64,000 nucleotides of DNA from an uncultured Chthonomonadaceae bacterium (GCA_963817895.1 CAWFQB010000014.1:480001-544000), one strand, 5' to 3'. Counted from the first letter of the stretch, positions 51,753 to 62,269 are shown. Translations and numbers: made by a program. The notes: a model not told the origin generated them from the sequence alone.

Positions 51753-51928
51753 GCTGGTTCCTTCCGGCTGCTATGCCTTTTTTCAGGTGAGGGTTGATGT
51801 TCGCGGGGCGGGCGTTTCACGCGATTGTTAATACCGCTTCGCCCACCCTGAACTTTCTGTAAACCGGTATGCAGACGCGAATGGCGGGCAGGGTGTTCCC
51901 TTAATGCAAGCAATCCTGCGGTTTGGTT

Positions 51929-52651
51929 TCAGGCATTGTCGAACATTTCAAGGGGTTTGTCTATATCGTCTTCGGGCGCGGGCTGCCAGTCCGGCGGCGT
52001 GACCGGGCCGTAAAGCGCGTGGGGATGCCCATCCCGATACGCCCATCCCTGATCGCCGTAACTCCAGTGCCAGAACTCGCTCGGATAATTGGTAATGCCG
52101 GTGGAAAGCAGCGCTTCCGCCATTATGTCGCGGTTTGTACGCGCCGTTTCAGACAGGCCGGACGCGCTAAACAAAGCCGAGTGCGGATCGTAGGGATCGA
52201 ACGGGCCGGTATGGTCAAGGGCGTTGCCATCGCTGTCGGCAAGCATTAAATCAACCGCCCCGCCCGTCGTGTGCGGCGGCGGAACCTGCTTGTTCAGGGG
52301 CGCGCTGAAACGGTTTACGGTTCGCGTCAACCGCGTTTCCGACCAATCGGGATGCAGGGTTTGAAACCGGGCGCGAACCGCCTGATACATCCGCCGCTGA
52401 ATATACGGAGCGCGCCAGCCTTCGATGATGGCAAGCCTGTACCCTGTCGGCAGATTGCGGTTCGCCTGACACAGTTTCTCCGCCATGCTCCGCCGCAGCA
52501 GCGTTTCGCGCCGATAGTGAAAACGCGCCTTATCCAGAATCAGTTCCGGGCAAAATTCCAGAAAGTTGACCAGTTCCTCGCCGTTTTCTACAATCTTGAC
52601 ATACCGCAACTGGCTGACCGGCTCCGCCGGTGAAATCTTCTCCGACCGCAT
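51929..52651 (-). CDS. M15 family D-Ala-D-Ala dipeptidase-like protein
   Basis: EGWR, PPHTTGGAVDL, YPSEFWHWSYGD. Confidence 0.88.
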   Translation of the reverse strand: MRSEKISPAEPVSQLRYVKIVENGEELVNFLEFCPELILDKARFHYRRETLLRRSMAEKLCQANRNLPTGYRLAIIEGWRAPYIQRRMYQAVRARFQTLHPDWSETRLTRTVNRFSAPLNKQVPPPHTTGGAVDLMLADSDGNALDHTGPFDPYDPHSALFSASGLSETARTNRDIMAEALLSTGITNYPSEFWHWSYGDQGWAYRDGHPHALYGPVTPPDWQPAPEDDIDKPLEMFDNA

Positions 52652-52699
52652 ACGCCACTCCTATCAAATACCACTGTTTCGCGGTTTCTATATCCTGAT

Positions 52700-53992
52700 T
52701 CACACTGCGCAGCGCAGGCCGAGGAAGCCCTGACGATACGTGGGAATGTACCAGTTGCGGAAACTTGCGCGCAGAACGACTTCCGCGCTGGCCCACGAAC
52801 CGCCCCGGCACACGTAATGGCTGCCGTCCATGTGGTCTTTGGAATAACCGTCGTAGGGGAACGCGGTAAAACCCGGATACGGCAGAAACGGCGTGCTCGT
52901 CCACTCCCACGCCCCGCCCGCCATACAGCACAAGCCGAAAGCATTGGCAGTACGATCTTCATCTACTGCGGCAGGAAAGCCCACTTTATTGCCGTAGTCG
53001 GCGCGGAAGTTCGCGCGTATTGTAGACCAGGGATAGCGGCGCATCTGTCCTGTAGTCGGTTCGTAACCGGCGGCGTACTCCCATTCGGCCTCGGTTGGCA
53101 ATCGTTTCCCTGTCCAGCGAGCGTAGGCGTTCGCTTCGTGCCAGCTGATACCTGTCACCGGTTCGCGGGGATGAATTCCGCGCGTTCCCCCCGCATAGAA
53201 GTAACCGTATCCTTTGCCGACAGGAAACCAGTATTCGGGATGCTTGATGCGGTACGCTTGTCGCCAGTTCCAGCCATCCGCCGTCCATAGCTCCTGCCGC
53301 TTGTAGCCGCCTTCGGCAATAAACCGCGCCCAATGCCCTGCCGTTACGGGCAATTTATCCATTTGAAAATCGGCAACCGTTACTTCGTGAACGGATTTCT
53401 CGTTATCGTAATCGTGCCGGTTGTCCGATCCCATCCAGAAGGTTCCGCCGGGAATAGCAATCGTTTCTATTGGTGGTGGCGTATCCCATACCAGTATTGC
53501 CGTTGCCGGGAGAAGTTCGGCGGGCGTGAACTGCTGCGAAAGCAACTGCCGCAATTCGGCTATAGTCTCCTGATGCTGACACTCGTGCTGCAATGCGAAC
53601 TCCCAAGCGTAGCCGTCCGCAAGCAGGGGTGAATTCGTTTCCAGATCAACCGCTTTGAGCGCCTTCACCACTGTTTTACGCGTAGCGAGTAAATAGTCTG
53701 TAATCTCTTTCCGCGAAGGCAGGTAAATGCGATTGTCTTTGGGGTTTTCGGGAATGTTGGCGAACAGGAAACTGTACTCTGGGTTACGCGGAGGTTGTTT
53801 CAGAGCCTTTGAGCAGACCCAGTATTCTTCAGTCATGCCGATGTGTCCGAAATGCCAGCCGATGGGACTGTAAAAGTCGTGTACCCGGACATTGAGATAA
53901 TCGTCGGGAACGGCTGCCAGCAAGTCCAGCGTCGTTTGCCGCGCGATTGTCAGTTTTTCGATGATCTCTCGCTTGCGCGTGGCCTGGCTCAC
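52700..53992 (-). CDS. egtB: Ergothioneine sulfoxide synthase (DinB + FGE-sulfatase domains)
   Basis: SPIGWHFGH, QHECQHQE iron ligands, RLPTEAEWE, RGGSW, FRNWY; adjacent to egtD. Confidence 0.85.
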   Translation of the reverse strand: MSQATRKREIIEKLTIARQTTLDLLAAVPDDYLNVRVHDFYSPIGWHFGHIGMTEEYWVCSKALKQPPRNPEYSFLFANIPENPKDNRIYLPSRKEITDYLLATRKTVVKALKAVDLETNSPLLADGYAWEFALQHECQHQETIAELRQLLSQQFTPAELLPATAILVWDTPPPIETIAIPGGTFWMGSDNRHDYDNEKSVHEVTVADFQMDKLPVTAGHWARFIAEGGYKRQELWTADGWNWRQAYRIKHPEYWFPVGKGYGYFYAGGTRGIHPREPVTGISWHEANAYARWTGKRLPTEAEWEYAAGYEPTTGQMRRYPWSTIRANFRADYGNKVGFPAAVDEDRTANAFGLCCMAGGAWEWTSTPFLPYPGFTAFPYDGYSKDHMDGSHYVCRGGSWASAEVVLRASFRNWYIPTYRQGFLGLRCAV

Positions 53993-55005
53993 GGCTTACA
54001 CTCTCCGTAACACGCGCTCGGACGCAACAGTAATTCCGCGAACCAGTGCCGTTCATCCTTCCAGCAGGACTGGATGCGCAGGCCAGCAGGCTGGCACAAA
54101 CGGGCCGCGCTGTCGAGGGTGTACTTGTGGCTGTTCTCCGTGTGTACGATTTCACCGGCGGCAAAGCGGTACGTGGTTTCTACCGCGTCAATCGTCACTT
54201 CCTGATTTCGCGTACTGACAAGGCGCATTTCGATACGGGACTGGTCGGCGACAAACGGGGCGTGGTGCTGAAAATCGTCCGGGCAGAAGTTCGCTCCCAA
54301 TTCAAGATTGATACGGCGCAGCAGGTTCTTGTTGAACTGCGCCGTGACGCCTGATGAGTCGTTGTACGCGGATTCCAGAACCGCGCGGTCTTTCACCAGA
54401 TCAATGCCCAACAGCAGCCTGTCTTCGCGGCGCATCACAGCCCGTAATCGCGCCAGAAATTGTGTGGCCTCTTCTCCGGTAAAATTGCCGATGTTGCTGC
54501 CCAGAAACAGAAACAGACGGGGGCCTTCGGTTTCGGGCAGAACGCGCAAAGCGTCGCCGTATTCCGTCGCCAGTCCGGTAATGGCAAGCGCAGGGTAAGC
54601 ATCAAGCAGGTCAAGGCACGAAGCGCGTAAAAAGTCGCCGGATATGTCAATGGCGGTATAATGCAGTGTGGGCTGCCGCTTCAGAGCGGCTTCCAGCAAT
54701 AATCGGGTTTTGTCCGAACTGCCGCTGCCGAATTCCACAATACTCAGCGGTAATTCAGGCTGCGACAAGCGGGCAGCGGAAACGATGCTGTATGCGTGTT
54801 GGCGCAAAATCGCGCGTTCCGTCCGGGTGGGGTAATATTCCGGCAGACCGCAGATTTGCTCAAACAGCCGCGACCCAACCGCATCATAAAAGAACCGGCA
54901 GGGCAGTTGTTTTTGCGACTGCGACAATCCCTCCGCCACCGCCGCGCAAAACTGCATTGCCGGACGGCTCGGCGGCACGGTAATAAAATCAAAACGAGAA
55001 TTCAT
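53989..55005 (-). CDS. egtD: L-histidine N-alpha-methyltransferase
   Basis: FFYDAVGSRLFEQI, PEYYPTRTE, EFGSGS, FLGSNIGN, AYND, HTENSHKY. Confidence 0.93.
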   Translation of the reverse strand: MNSRFDFITVPPSRPAMQFCAAVAEGLSQSQKQLPCRFFYDAVGSRLFEQICGLPEYYPTRTERAILRQHAYSIVSAARLSQPELPLSIVEFGSGSSDKTRLLLEAALKRQPTLHYTAIDISGDFLRASCLDLLDAYPALAITGLATEYGDALRVLPETEGPRLFLFLGSNIGNFTGEEATQFLARLRAVMRREDRLLLGIDLVKDRAVLESAYNDSSGVTAQFNKNLLRRINLELGANFCPDDFQHHAPFVADQSRIEMRLVSTRNQEVTIDAVETTYRFAAGEIVHTENSHKYTLDSAARLCQPAGLRIQSCWKDERHWFAELLLRPSACYGECKP

Positions 55006-55203
55006 GCAAACCATCGCTTTCCAGACCGCGTTCCACTTTTCGCCGCGCCAAACGACACCGGTAAAAAGACTTACATCAGCCCGAAGTAATTTGTTACTCA
55101 TACGTTTTCACGCCGCGCAACGCGATTTAGTTCCTGCCGCGCTCATACTAATATCTACAATTCAACGGAACTTAACCACTCATTCAGAAGCCGAAAGATA
55201 AAA

Positions 55204-56427
55204 ATGCAAGCCCAACGCCGAATACCGAACACCGAATACCGAACACCCATTCTGCTGGATGTTGAACGCGCCCGAAACGACACTCCGGCGTGTCAGAATA
55301 TCATTCACTTCAACAACGCGGGCATGTCGCTGACACCTGCGCCCGTGCAGGACGCCGTTTTTCAGCATTTGCGCCGGGAAGCGGAACGGGGCGGGTATGA
55401 GGCGGAGTTGGAAGCGCAGCCCGCTATCGAGCATACGTATGACGCCCTTGCCACACTGCTGAACTGCGGGCGGGAAGAGATCGCCATCACGGAAAACGCG
55501 ACGCGGGCATGGGATATGCTGTTTTATTCCCTTCCACTGCATCCCGGCGACCGGATTTTAACGGCGCAATGCGAGTACGGCAGCAACTACATCGCCATGC
55601 TGCAACGCGCCAAACAAACCGGCGCAAGCGTGGAAGCGGTTCCCAATGATGAAACGGGGCAATTATCGGTACAGCATTTGCGGCAAATGTTGGACGAGCG
55701 GGTGAAATTGATAGCCATGACGCACGTTCCGACGAATGGCGGACTGGTCAACCCGGCTGAAGAGGTGGGGCAGGTGGCGAAACAGGCGGGCGTGTTGTAT
55801 CTGCTGGACGCCTGCCAGTCCGTCGGGCAGATGCCGATAGATGTGCAGGCGATTGGCTGCGACATGCTCACGGCAACCGGGCGCAAATTCCTGCGCGGGC
55901 CGCGCGGAACCGGTTTTCTATATGTCAATCAGGCTGTTTTACCTCGGCTGGAACCGCCGTTTCTGGACATGCAGGCGGCGGAATGGATAACGCCAACCTC
56001 CTACCGAATACGCGAGGATGCCCGCCGCTTTGAAACGTGGGAAACCAACATCGCCGCGAAAATCGGTTTGGGCGCGGCGGTGCATTACGCCCTACAATGG
56101 GGATTGGAAGCGATTGAACAGCGCGTCACCAAACTTGCTTCTCTGTTGCGGCGGCAGTTGTCGGAACTCAGCGGCGTGACGGTACGCGATCAGGGGCAGC
56201 GACAATGCGGCATCGTCACATTCACCGTTGACGGCGCTACGTCCCTGCGCGTGAAAGAACATTTGACCGCGCGCAACATCAACGTCTGGACATCGCCCCA
56301 ACGCAGCACTCTGCTTGATATGGAAGCGCGCGGGCTGACGGATGTAGTCCGCGCTTCCATCCACTACTACAACACCGAAGCAGAAATTACGCGGTTCATC
56401 CAACATCTCGAAACTATTTCCAAATAA
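55204..56427 (+). CDS. PLP-dependent class V aminotransferase / C-S lyase (EgtE-like)
   Basis: HFNNAG, ENATRAW, LDACQS, ATGRKFLRGPRGTG, RASIHYYN; divergent from egtD. Confidence 0.8.
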   Translation: MQAQRRIPNTEYRTPILLDVERARNDTPACQNIIHFNNAGMSLTPAPVQDAVFQHLRREAERGGYEAELEAQPAIEHTYDALATLLNCGREEIAITENATRAWDMLFYSLPLHPGDRILTAQCEYGSNYIAMLQRAKQTGASVEAVPNDETGQLSVQHLRQMLDERVKLIAMTHVPTNGGLVNPAEEVGQVAKQAGVLYLLDACQSVGQMPIDVQAIGCDMLTATGRKFLRGPRGTGFLYVNQAVLPRLEPPFLDMQAAEWITPTSYRIREDARRFETWETNIAAKIGLGAAVHYALQWGLEAIEQRVTKLASLLRRQLSELSGVTVRDQGQRQCGIVTFTVDGATSLRVKEHLTARNINVWTSPQRSTLLDMEARGLTDVVRASIHYYNTEAEITRFIQHLETISK

Positions 56428-56441
56428 ATGCTCACTCCCCC

Positions 56442-56503
56442 TTGACAAATCCACTGCCACACCCCATAATACATCCGCAACCGATATATCCACTACGGAT
56501 ATA
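56442..56503 (+). promoter_or_regulatory. Promoter with tandem palindromic operators upstream of padR
   Basis: TTGACA 56442, CATAAT 56465; TATATCC-N5-GGATATA at 56485-56503 and degenerate TACATCC-N5-CGATATA at 56470-56488. Confidence 0.7.
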
Positions 56504-56538
56504 ATGTCTGATAAGTAGCCAGCAGATTGTGAGACAAT

Positions 56539-56922
56539 ATGACAACTCAACCTGAACCTGAAACGCTATTGCCACTGACGCCTGCCGTATTGCACATCCT
56601 GCTGGCTCTGGCGGATGATGAGCGTCATGGTTACGGCATCATGCAGGCAGTCAACGAACAAACGGATGGAACGTTGCGCATGGGGCCGGGGACACTGTAT
56701 GGCTCCCTGAAGCGGATGCTGGCAAGCGGTCTGGTGGAAGAAGCCCCCGAACGTTCCGATGGGGAACAATCGGATGCGCGCCGCCGCTATTATCGCCTGA
56801 CGAACTTTGGCAGCCGAGTTCTCAAGGCCGAAATGCGGCGCTTGGCGCATCTTGTCCACCTTCCCGCCGCGCAGCGCCTGCTCAATCAGGCGGAAGCAAA
56901 CCTGCTGAAAGAGAGTTGGTGA
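56539..56922 (+). CDS. PadR family transcriptional regulator
   Basis: HGYGIM, GPGTLYGSLKRM, RRRYYRLT. Confidence 0.93.
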   Translation: MTTQPEPETLLPLTPAVLHILLALADDERHGYGIMQAVNEQTDGTLRMGPGTLYGSLKRMLASGLVEEAPERSDGEQSDARRRYYRLTNFGSRVLKAEMRRLAHLVHLPAAQRLLNQAEANLLKESW

Positions 56923-56923
56923 A

Positions 56924-57490
56924 ATGAAGGCTCGCCTGCTGCAATTTTCCTGCGGTTTGTACAATCGCCTGCTATGCGCCTATCCTTCCGATTTCCGGCA
57001 GGAGTACGGAGATGAAATGCGGCAGGTGTTTCGGGACACTTGCGGGGATGCGCTGGCAGCAAAAAGGGCGTTGGGACTGCCGCAATTCTGGCTGCATATT
57101 CTGACTGACCTTATTGTTTCAGCCTGTAAGGAGCGTTTCACGGACATGGACAAAAAAGTCGTTTCAATGTATTTCCTGGCATTTGTACTGGGCTTGTTCG
57201 TCGGCTACCTTGACTTCCATAGCAAGGAGGTGCAGGGGCCGGTGCTGATTATCCTCGTCTTCACGTTCGTGTTCGGCTTTGCCTTGCCCTGTCGCGCCTG
57301 GCGTTGGGCCTTACTCATCGGGGCAGGCGTGCCGCTTTGCCACATTGTCAACGCGCTGCTCCAACTCCCGCCGCCCTATCCGGTGGAACCCAACGTATTC
57401 GCAACTTGCCTGGCTTTCATCCCGGCATTTATCGGAGCCTACATGGGAGTTGCTCTGCGCTGTCTCTTTCTTTCGCCTGCCTCGGCCTGA
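56924..57490 (+). CDS. PadR-associated membrane protein
   Basis: AYPSDFRQEYGDEM N-terminal motif followed by about 4 TM helices. Confidence 0.7.
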   Translation: MKARLLQFSCGLYNRLLCAYPSDFRQEYGDEMRQVFRDTCGDALAAKRALGLPQFWLHILTDLIVSACKERFTDMDKKVVSMYFLAFVLGLFVGYLDFHSKEVQGPVLIILVFTFVFGFALPCRAWRWALLIGAGVPLCHIVNALLQLPPPYPVEPNVFATCLAFIPAFIGAYMGVALRCLFLSPASA

Positions 57491-57516
57491 GCGGTAGTAT
57501 GAAAGTTCTTCCCTCT

Positions 57517-58245
57517 CTACTCCAACTGAAAGGAGAGGACGCCTTTTTCCTCGGTCAGCAGCGTGTTGAAAGTGTTGCGGTTGAAACCGCGCGGGAGTTT
57601 GATTCGCATCCGCATCAGGCGCGTGGCTCCCGAGACGCTTTTGTCCAGCGAACTTTGCCCTGCCTGCGATTGTACGCCATAAACAATAATGCCGTGCGCG
57701 CAGAGAACATCCAGTACACGGGCAGGGCCTCGGTCGTCCTCCTGTACCTCCACTTCCAGCAGGGAAATCGCCTGCCGCAGCTTGAACCAGGCTTCCATCT
57801 GCGTCAGAACCGTCAGCGTACTCAAGACGATCAGGGTTGCCACTACAGCCAGTTCGCCCAGACGCGGACTGGCTCCCAGCGCAATGCCGATAGCGGCTGT
57901 CACCCAGATACTCGCCGCCGAAGTCAGTCCCCGGATAGTGGCTCCCTCCCGAACAATGGCTCCGGCTCCCAGAAAGCCGATGCCGGAAACGATCTGCGCG
58001 GCGATATGGCCCGGATCGCCGCGCATCCCGCCCCGCACCCCCATACCGATTTCTACAGACGCCATTGTGATGACAGTGGCTCCCACGCTCACCAGAATAT
58101 GCGTCCTCATTCCTGCCGGGTTGCCATGCCATTCCCGCTCCGCGCCAATCAGCCCCCCGAATAAAACTGCCAGCAGCAGCGCCAATCCTTTGCCCCCGAT
58201 AGATACCGGGTCAATATGCAGCCCGAAGAACCAATCTGCTCCCAT
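57517..58245 (-). CDS. MgtC/SapB family protein
   Basis: IGAERE, AGMRTH, AAQIVSGIGFLGAG, GLTSAASIW. Confidence 0.92.
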   Translation of the reverse strand: MGADWFFGLHIDPVSIGGKGLALLLAVLFGGLIGAEREWHGNPAGMRTHILVSVGATVITMASVEIGMGVRGGMRGDPGHIAAQIVSGIGFLGAGAIVREGATIRGLTSAASIWVTAAIGIALGASPRLGELAVVATLIVLSTLTVLTQMEAWFKLRQAISLLEVEVQEDDRGPARVLDVLCAHGIIVYGVQSQAGQSSLDKSVSGATRLMRMRIKLPRGFNRNTFNTLLTEEKGVLSFQLE

Positions 58246-58427
58246 CCGGTTCGCTCCTCAATATCCGAAACATTGTCAACTCAGCGTGTTCATCCCATTG
58301 ACATTTTACGCCTGCCCGGTTTATACTACCCGCATCTTCATCTTTTCTTCTTAATCTTTCCTTAACATTGTGCCGCATTGTTAAGACAGGCTGCTTCCTA
58401 AAACGCGCTTTACGAAGGGAAACGCAC

Positions 58428-59503
58428 ATGAACGTTCACGATGCCACCACGCAGTACGAACAATGGCTTGCCGGCTACACGCCGCTGATACAGGCCGACC
58501 TTGATACAAAGCATCAGCAGATGAGCGCGGACGTGTTCTCGTTTCTGCGCGCCACCTACTACCGATGGGCGCAGGCATGGCCGGATACCTGCAAAGAAAT
58601 AGCGAACGCGCCCTCCGTTCTGGCGGTGGGCGACCTGCATCTCGCCAACTTCGGAACGTGGCGCGACCGGGAAGGGCGATTGTGTTGGGGCATCAACGAC
58701 TTTGATGTCTCTTCCCCCTGCCCTACGCGCATGACCCTGTTCGGCTGGCGGTCAGCGCGCTGCTGGAAATTCAGTCCGGGCATTTGAAACTGAAGCCGGA
58801 AGACGCCTGCGCCGCCATTCTCAGCGGCTATACAGACGGCCTCCAGACAGGCGGCAAGGCGTATGTGCTGGCCGAACAGCATGGCTGGCTGCGCGACCTT
58901 GCCGTAAGCAGCCTGAAAAAGCCGGAAGCCTTCTGGCAAAAGATGGACGCCCTTCCCAACATTACGGAATCCCTGCCGCAAAGCGCGAAATCGGCTCTGG
59001 AACAGGCGCTTCCCGCGCTCGACATACCCCACAAGGTAACGCATCGTACTGCGGGGTTGGGCAGTCTTGGGCTTCCGCGCTATGTCGCCATTGCGGAATT
59101 TGAGGACGGCAGGGTCGCGCGGGAAGCGAAAGCGATGGTTCCCTCTCCGTTTGTGTGGGCGAGCAACTCGCAAGTTCCGGTCGAATACTATTACGCCGCG
59201 ATTGTTTCACAGGCCGTTCGCGCCCATGATCCGTTTACGCAAATTCAGGGGAATTGGATACTGCGCCGCCTTGCCCCCGACTGCATCCGCGTGGAAATCA
59301 CAAGTTTACCGGATGCGAATACCGAAACTAACCTACTGAACGCGATGGGCAAGGAGACGGCAAACGTTCATTTGGGAAGCAAACAGGCTGTAGCCGCCAT
59401 TCAGCAGGATTTAGCAAGCCGGGGGCAGGATTGGCTGCTGCAAGCCGCATCTGCGATGACTGAAGTTGTTCAGCAGGACTGGCAGGATTGGAAAGCGGGA
59501 TAA
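58428..59503 (+). CDS. DUF2252 family protein (frameshifted)
   Basis: FLRATYY, GDLHLANFG, GINDFD, AGLGSLG, REAK. Confidence 0.85.
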
Positions 59504-59552
59504 GCCGAACCACAGCGCCCTCCACCGGCAAATAAATTGGCGACTGGAACTA

Positions 59553-60354
59553 TCACAAAGCGACCGGTTTATAGCGCAGCCATAATGCCAGATAGGGAGG
59601 CGCATACGCGACAAAATGATCCCACGAACCCGGTTCGGCGTTGCGTATCCGGGTAGAGGTGCTTGCTGTCGGAAACATGCAGCAACGTGAAGCCCAATCC
59701 AAGCAGGTTATTCAGCATATTCGCAAGCGTATGCCGGTACAAACGAGACTCGCGCACGTCCGGCAGGGGTTTGCAACTGCGGGCGTACACCCATTCCGGG
59801 TCGGGACTGACATACATCGCTTCATCCACATAGGGCGTTTTCAGCGCGTACCCCTCCCCGTTCCAATCCGCCGCGCTCATGCCGCACAAAAACGGGTTGT
59901 CGCCGGCAAGATAATAAATCCCGCCCGGACGCAAAACGCGCGCCACCTGCGCGAAGACGATACGAACATCCGGCACATAGCCAATGGAAAACGGCTGATA
60001 CACAATGTCGAAAGAAGCCGGAGTCAAAACCGACAGATCGCGCATGTCGCCCTGAACGGTGTTAATCTCCACCTGATAATGCGCCGCCGCCTGTTTGTCG
60101 CGTTCCAACTGCGCTTCGGACAGGTCGTAAACCGTAACCTCGGCCCCAAGCAGGGCAAAGGCTGCCGACTGCTGCCCGCCGCCCCCGGCAAGACACAACA
60201 CGTTTCTGCCTGCCACCTCTCCCAACTGCCCTTCCGCATCCAAAAACTCACGCGCTGTATCAGGGGTAAAATTTAAATTGGGACGGGTAAAGAGAGCATC
60301 GGCATCCGCAAGCGACTGCCACCGCTGAATGTTGTACCGCGCTATCTCATCCAC
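59553..60354 (-). CDS. Class I SAM-dependent methyltransferase (C-terminal frameshift)
   Basis: VLCLAGGGGQQ, QGDMRDL, RVLRPGG. Confidence 0.88.
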
Positions 60355-60431
60355 AGGGATTCTTTCCTTATCAAAGTTTTTCTTACTGCATTTCTTGGTG
60401 TTCTTGGCGTCTTGATGGTGAAATTTTCCCT

Positions 60432-61217
60432 TTATGCCGACGCGCCCGTATAGTGCTTCAGTCCGAAGCGCCAGAACGCGGAGGAGGCCAGCAATGCCAA
60501 CATTGCTACCACACAGGCGCCGGCAACAGCCGTCATGCCGATTTTGCCGGCAAGCGCCTGAGCGGGTACGGTGATGATGAACGCGACCGGCACGATATAC
60601 GTAAACGCCGTTCGCAGCCAGTTCGGATAAATTTCTATCGGGTAGCGGCCCGCTTCAAACGCCTGCCACATGATCTGTTCGATGTTGTCCACGCGAATAA
60701 ACCAGAAGGTTGTCGCAATCAGGCACAGCCAGAAGGAGTACACCACAACCGCCCCTGAAGCCATTGTCACCAGAAACGCCCCGCCCTCCTGCCACCCCAC
60801 CACAAGCGATAATTTTGCGACCGAGTACATCACCAGTCCCGCGCCCACCAGTATATTTGCCGCCTGCCAGATATTGATGGTTCGGAACGAGGCGAGAAAC
60901 TGCGCGTTGACGGGCTTTAACAGCACAAAATCCAGTGTGCCGTCGCGCACCTGCGCCATGATGTTGCGCATGTTCGGCGCGATAAACATCTCAATAAAGC
61001 CGTTCATCAGGTAGTAGACCGCAAGGAGGGCGAGAACCTGCGGCAGCGTCCAGCCTTTGATGTTGCTCGTGTAGTGGTACGCCAGCATCAGACCGCCCAT
61101 CGTGGTAATCAGGCCGAGCAGACTGGCGATAATGCGCGTAAAAAAGTCCGCCCGGTATTCCATATCCGTCTGGATACTGGTTCGGAAGAACACGGCCAGC
61201 AGTTTAAGATAGCGCAT
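60432..61217 (-). CDS. ABC-2 type transporter permease (DUF990-like)
   Basis: EYRADF, VRDGTLDFVLLKP, RYPIEIY, YTGAS. Confidence 0.88.
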   Translation of the reverse strand: MRYLKLLAVFFRTSIQTDMEYRADFFTRIIASLLGLITTMGGLMLAYHYTSNIKGWTLPQVLALLAVYYLMNGFIEMFIAPNMRNIMAQVRDGTLDFVLLKPVNAQFLASFRTINIWQAANILVGAGLVMYSVAKLSLVVGWQEGGAFLVTMASGAVVVYSFWLCLIATTFWFIRVDNIEQIMWQAFEAGRYPIEIYPNWLRTAFTYIVPVAFIITVPAQALAGKIGMTAVAGACVVAMLALLASSAFWRFGLKHYTGASA

Positions 61218-62269
61218 CAAACGCCTCCTGAACCCGGTTCTTCGGGGTTATTGTTGGCAAGGCGGCGCGCCTCTTCCTGATACCGGTTGAATCCCAATTC
61301 TTGAAACATGGCGATTATTCGGGGCAGGTCGAGGGATTGAACGCGGGCGGTATCCAACGCGAACGGCAGGTCGGCGTCCCGTTTCAGCGTGACCATCGCT
61401 TTGGAAATGGGCAGGAACTCGCGGGCTTTTTCCAGATTTTCGCGCTTCTTGCCCTTGATATGTTCCAAATTCGCCAGTACGCCCTCCATGCTGCCGAATT
61501 GCTGTACTAACTGCGCGGCGGTTTTCAATCCGATGCCCTCCACGCCCGGAACGTTGTCAACCGTATCCCCCGTCAGCGCCATCACGTCCACCACCTGCGC
61601 GGGCGTAATCCCCTTATCCGCCTGCAATCCCGCCGCGTCGCGGACAATGTCCGTATGCACGTCGAAGATGCTCACCCGGTCGCACAGCAGTTGTTCCAAG
61701 TCTTTGTCTTTCGACACGATCCGAATATGCACGTCCTGCTTATCGGGGTCATCCAAAATCTGCTGCACAAGGGTAGCGATCACATCATCGGCTTCAATTC
61801 CCGACTGCCCGATAATCGGGATACCAAACGCCTGAATCACCTGAAAGATGCGGTCTATCTGATATGTCAAATCATCGGGTGTGGCGCGGCGCGTCCCCTT
61901 GTACTCCACATACCGCCCGGTTTCCATCGCTCCCGCTTCCCCGGTCCCTTCCTCTTCTCCCCCGCCAAGTGGGTCTACCGGCCCGCCAAAAATTTCTTCT
62001 TGTTTAGGCAACGCAAACCCCGCATTGGCCGGATGCAATTGCAGGTATTGCAGATACAACTCATCCCGAAAGGTTCTTCCCGGCGCGTCAATGGCAACCG
62101 CGACATAATCCGGCTGAAACTTCGTCAGCATCTTCAGCAGCATGCCCGTAAACCCGAATACGGCATTGGTCGGCTCCCCCGTATCCGGGCTGAACATCGC
62201 CGTCCGAATCGCGTAATAGGCGCGAAACACCTGTGCGTACCCATCAATAATGTAAAATGTTTTTGGCAT
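61217..62269 (-). CDS. Stand-alone 5'-3' exonuclease (Pol I N-terminal-like)
   Basis: IIDG...RAYY, EADDVI, SKDKDL, GDTVDNVPGVEGIGLKTA; no polymerase domain. Confidence 0.9.
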   Translation of the reverse strand: MPKTFYIIDGYAQVFRAYYAIRTAMFSPDTGEPTNAVFGFTGMLLKMLTKFQPDYVAVAIDAPGRTFRDELYLQYLQLHPANAGFALPKQEEIFGGPVDPLGGGEEEGTGEAGAMETGRYVEYKGTRRATPDDLTYQIDRIFQVIQAFGIPIIGQSGIEADDVIATLVQQILDDPDKQDVHIRIVSKDKDLEQLLCDRVSIFDVHTDIVRDAAGLQADKGITPAQVVDVMALTGDTVDNVPGVEGIGLKTAAQLVQQFGSMEGVLANLEHIKGKKRENLEKAREFLPISKAMVTLKRDADLPFALDTARVQSLDLPRIIAMFQELGFNRYQEEARRLANNNPEEPGSGGV

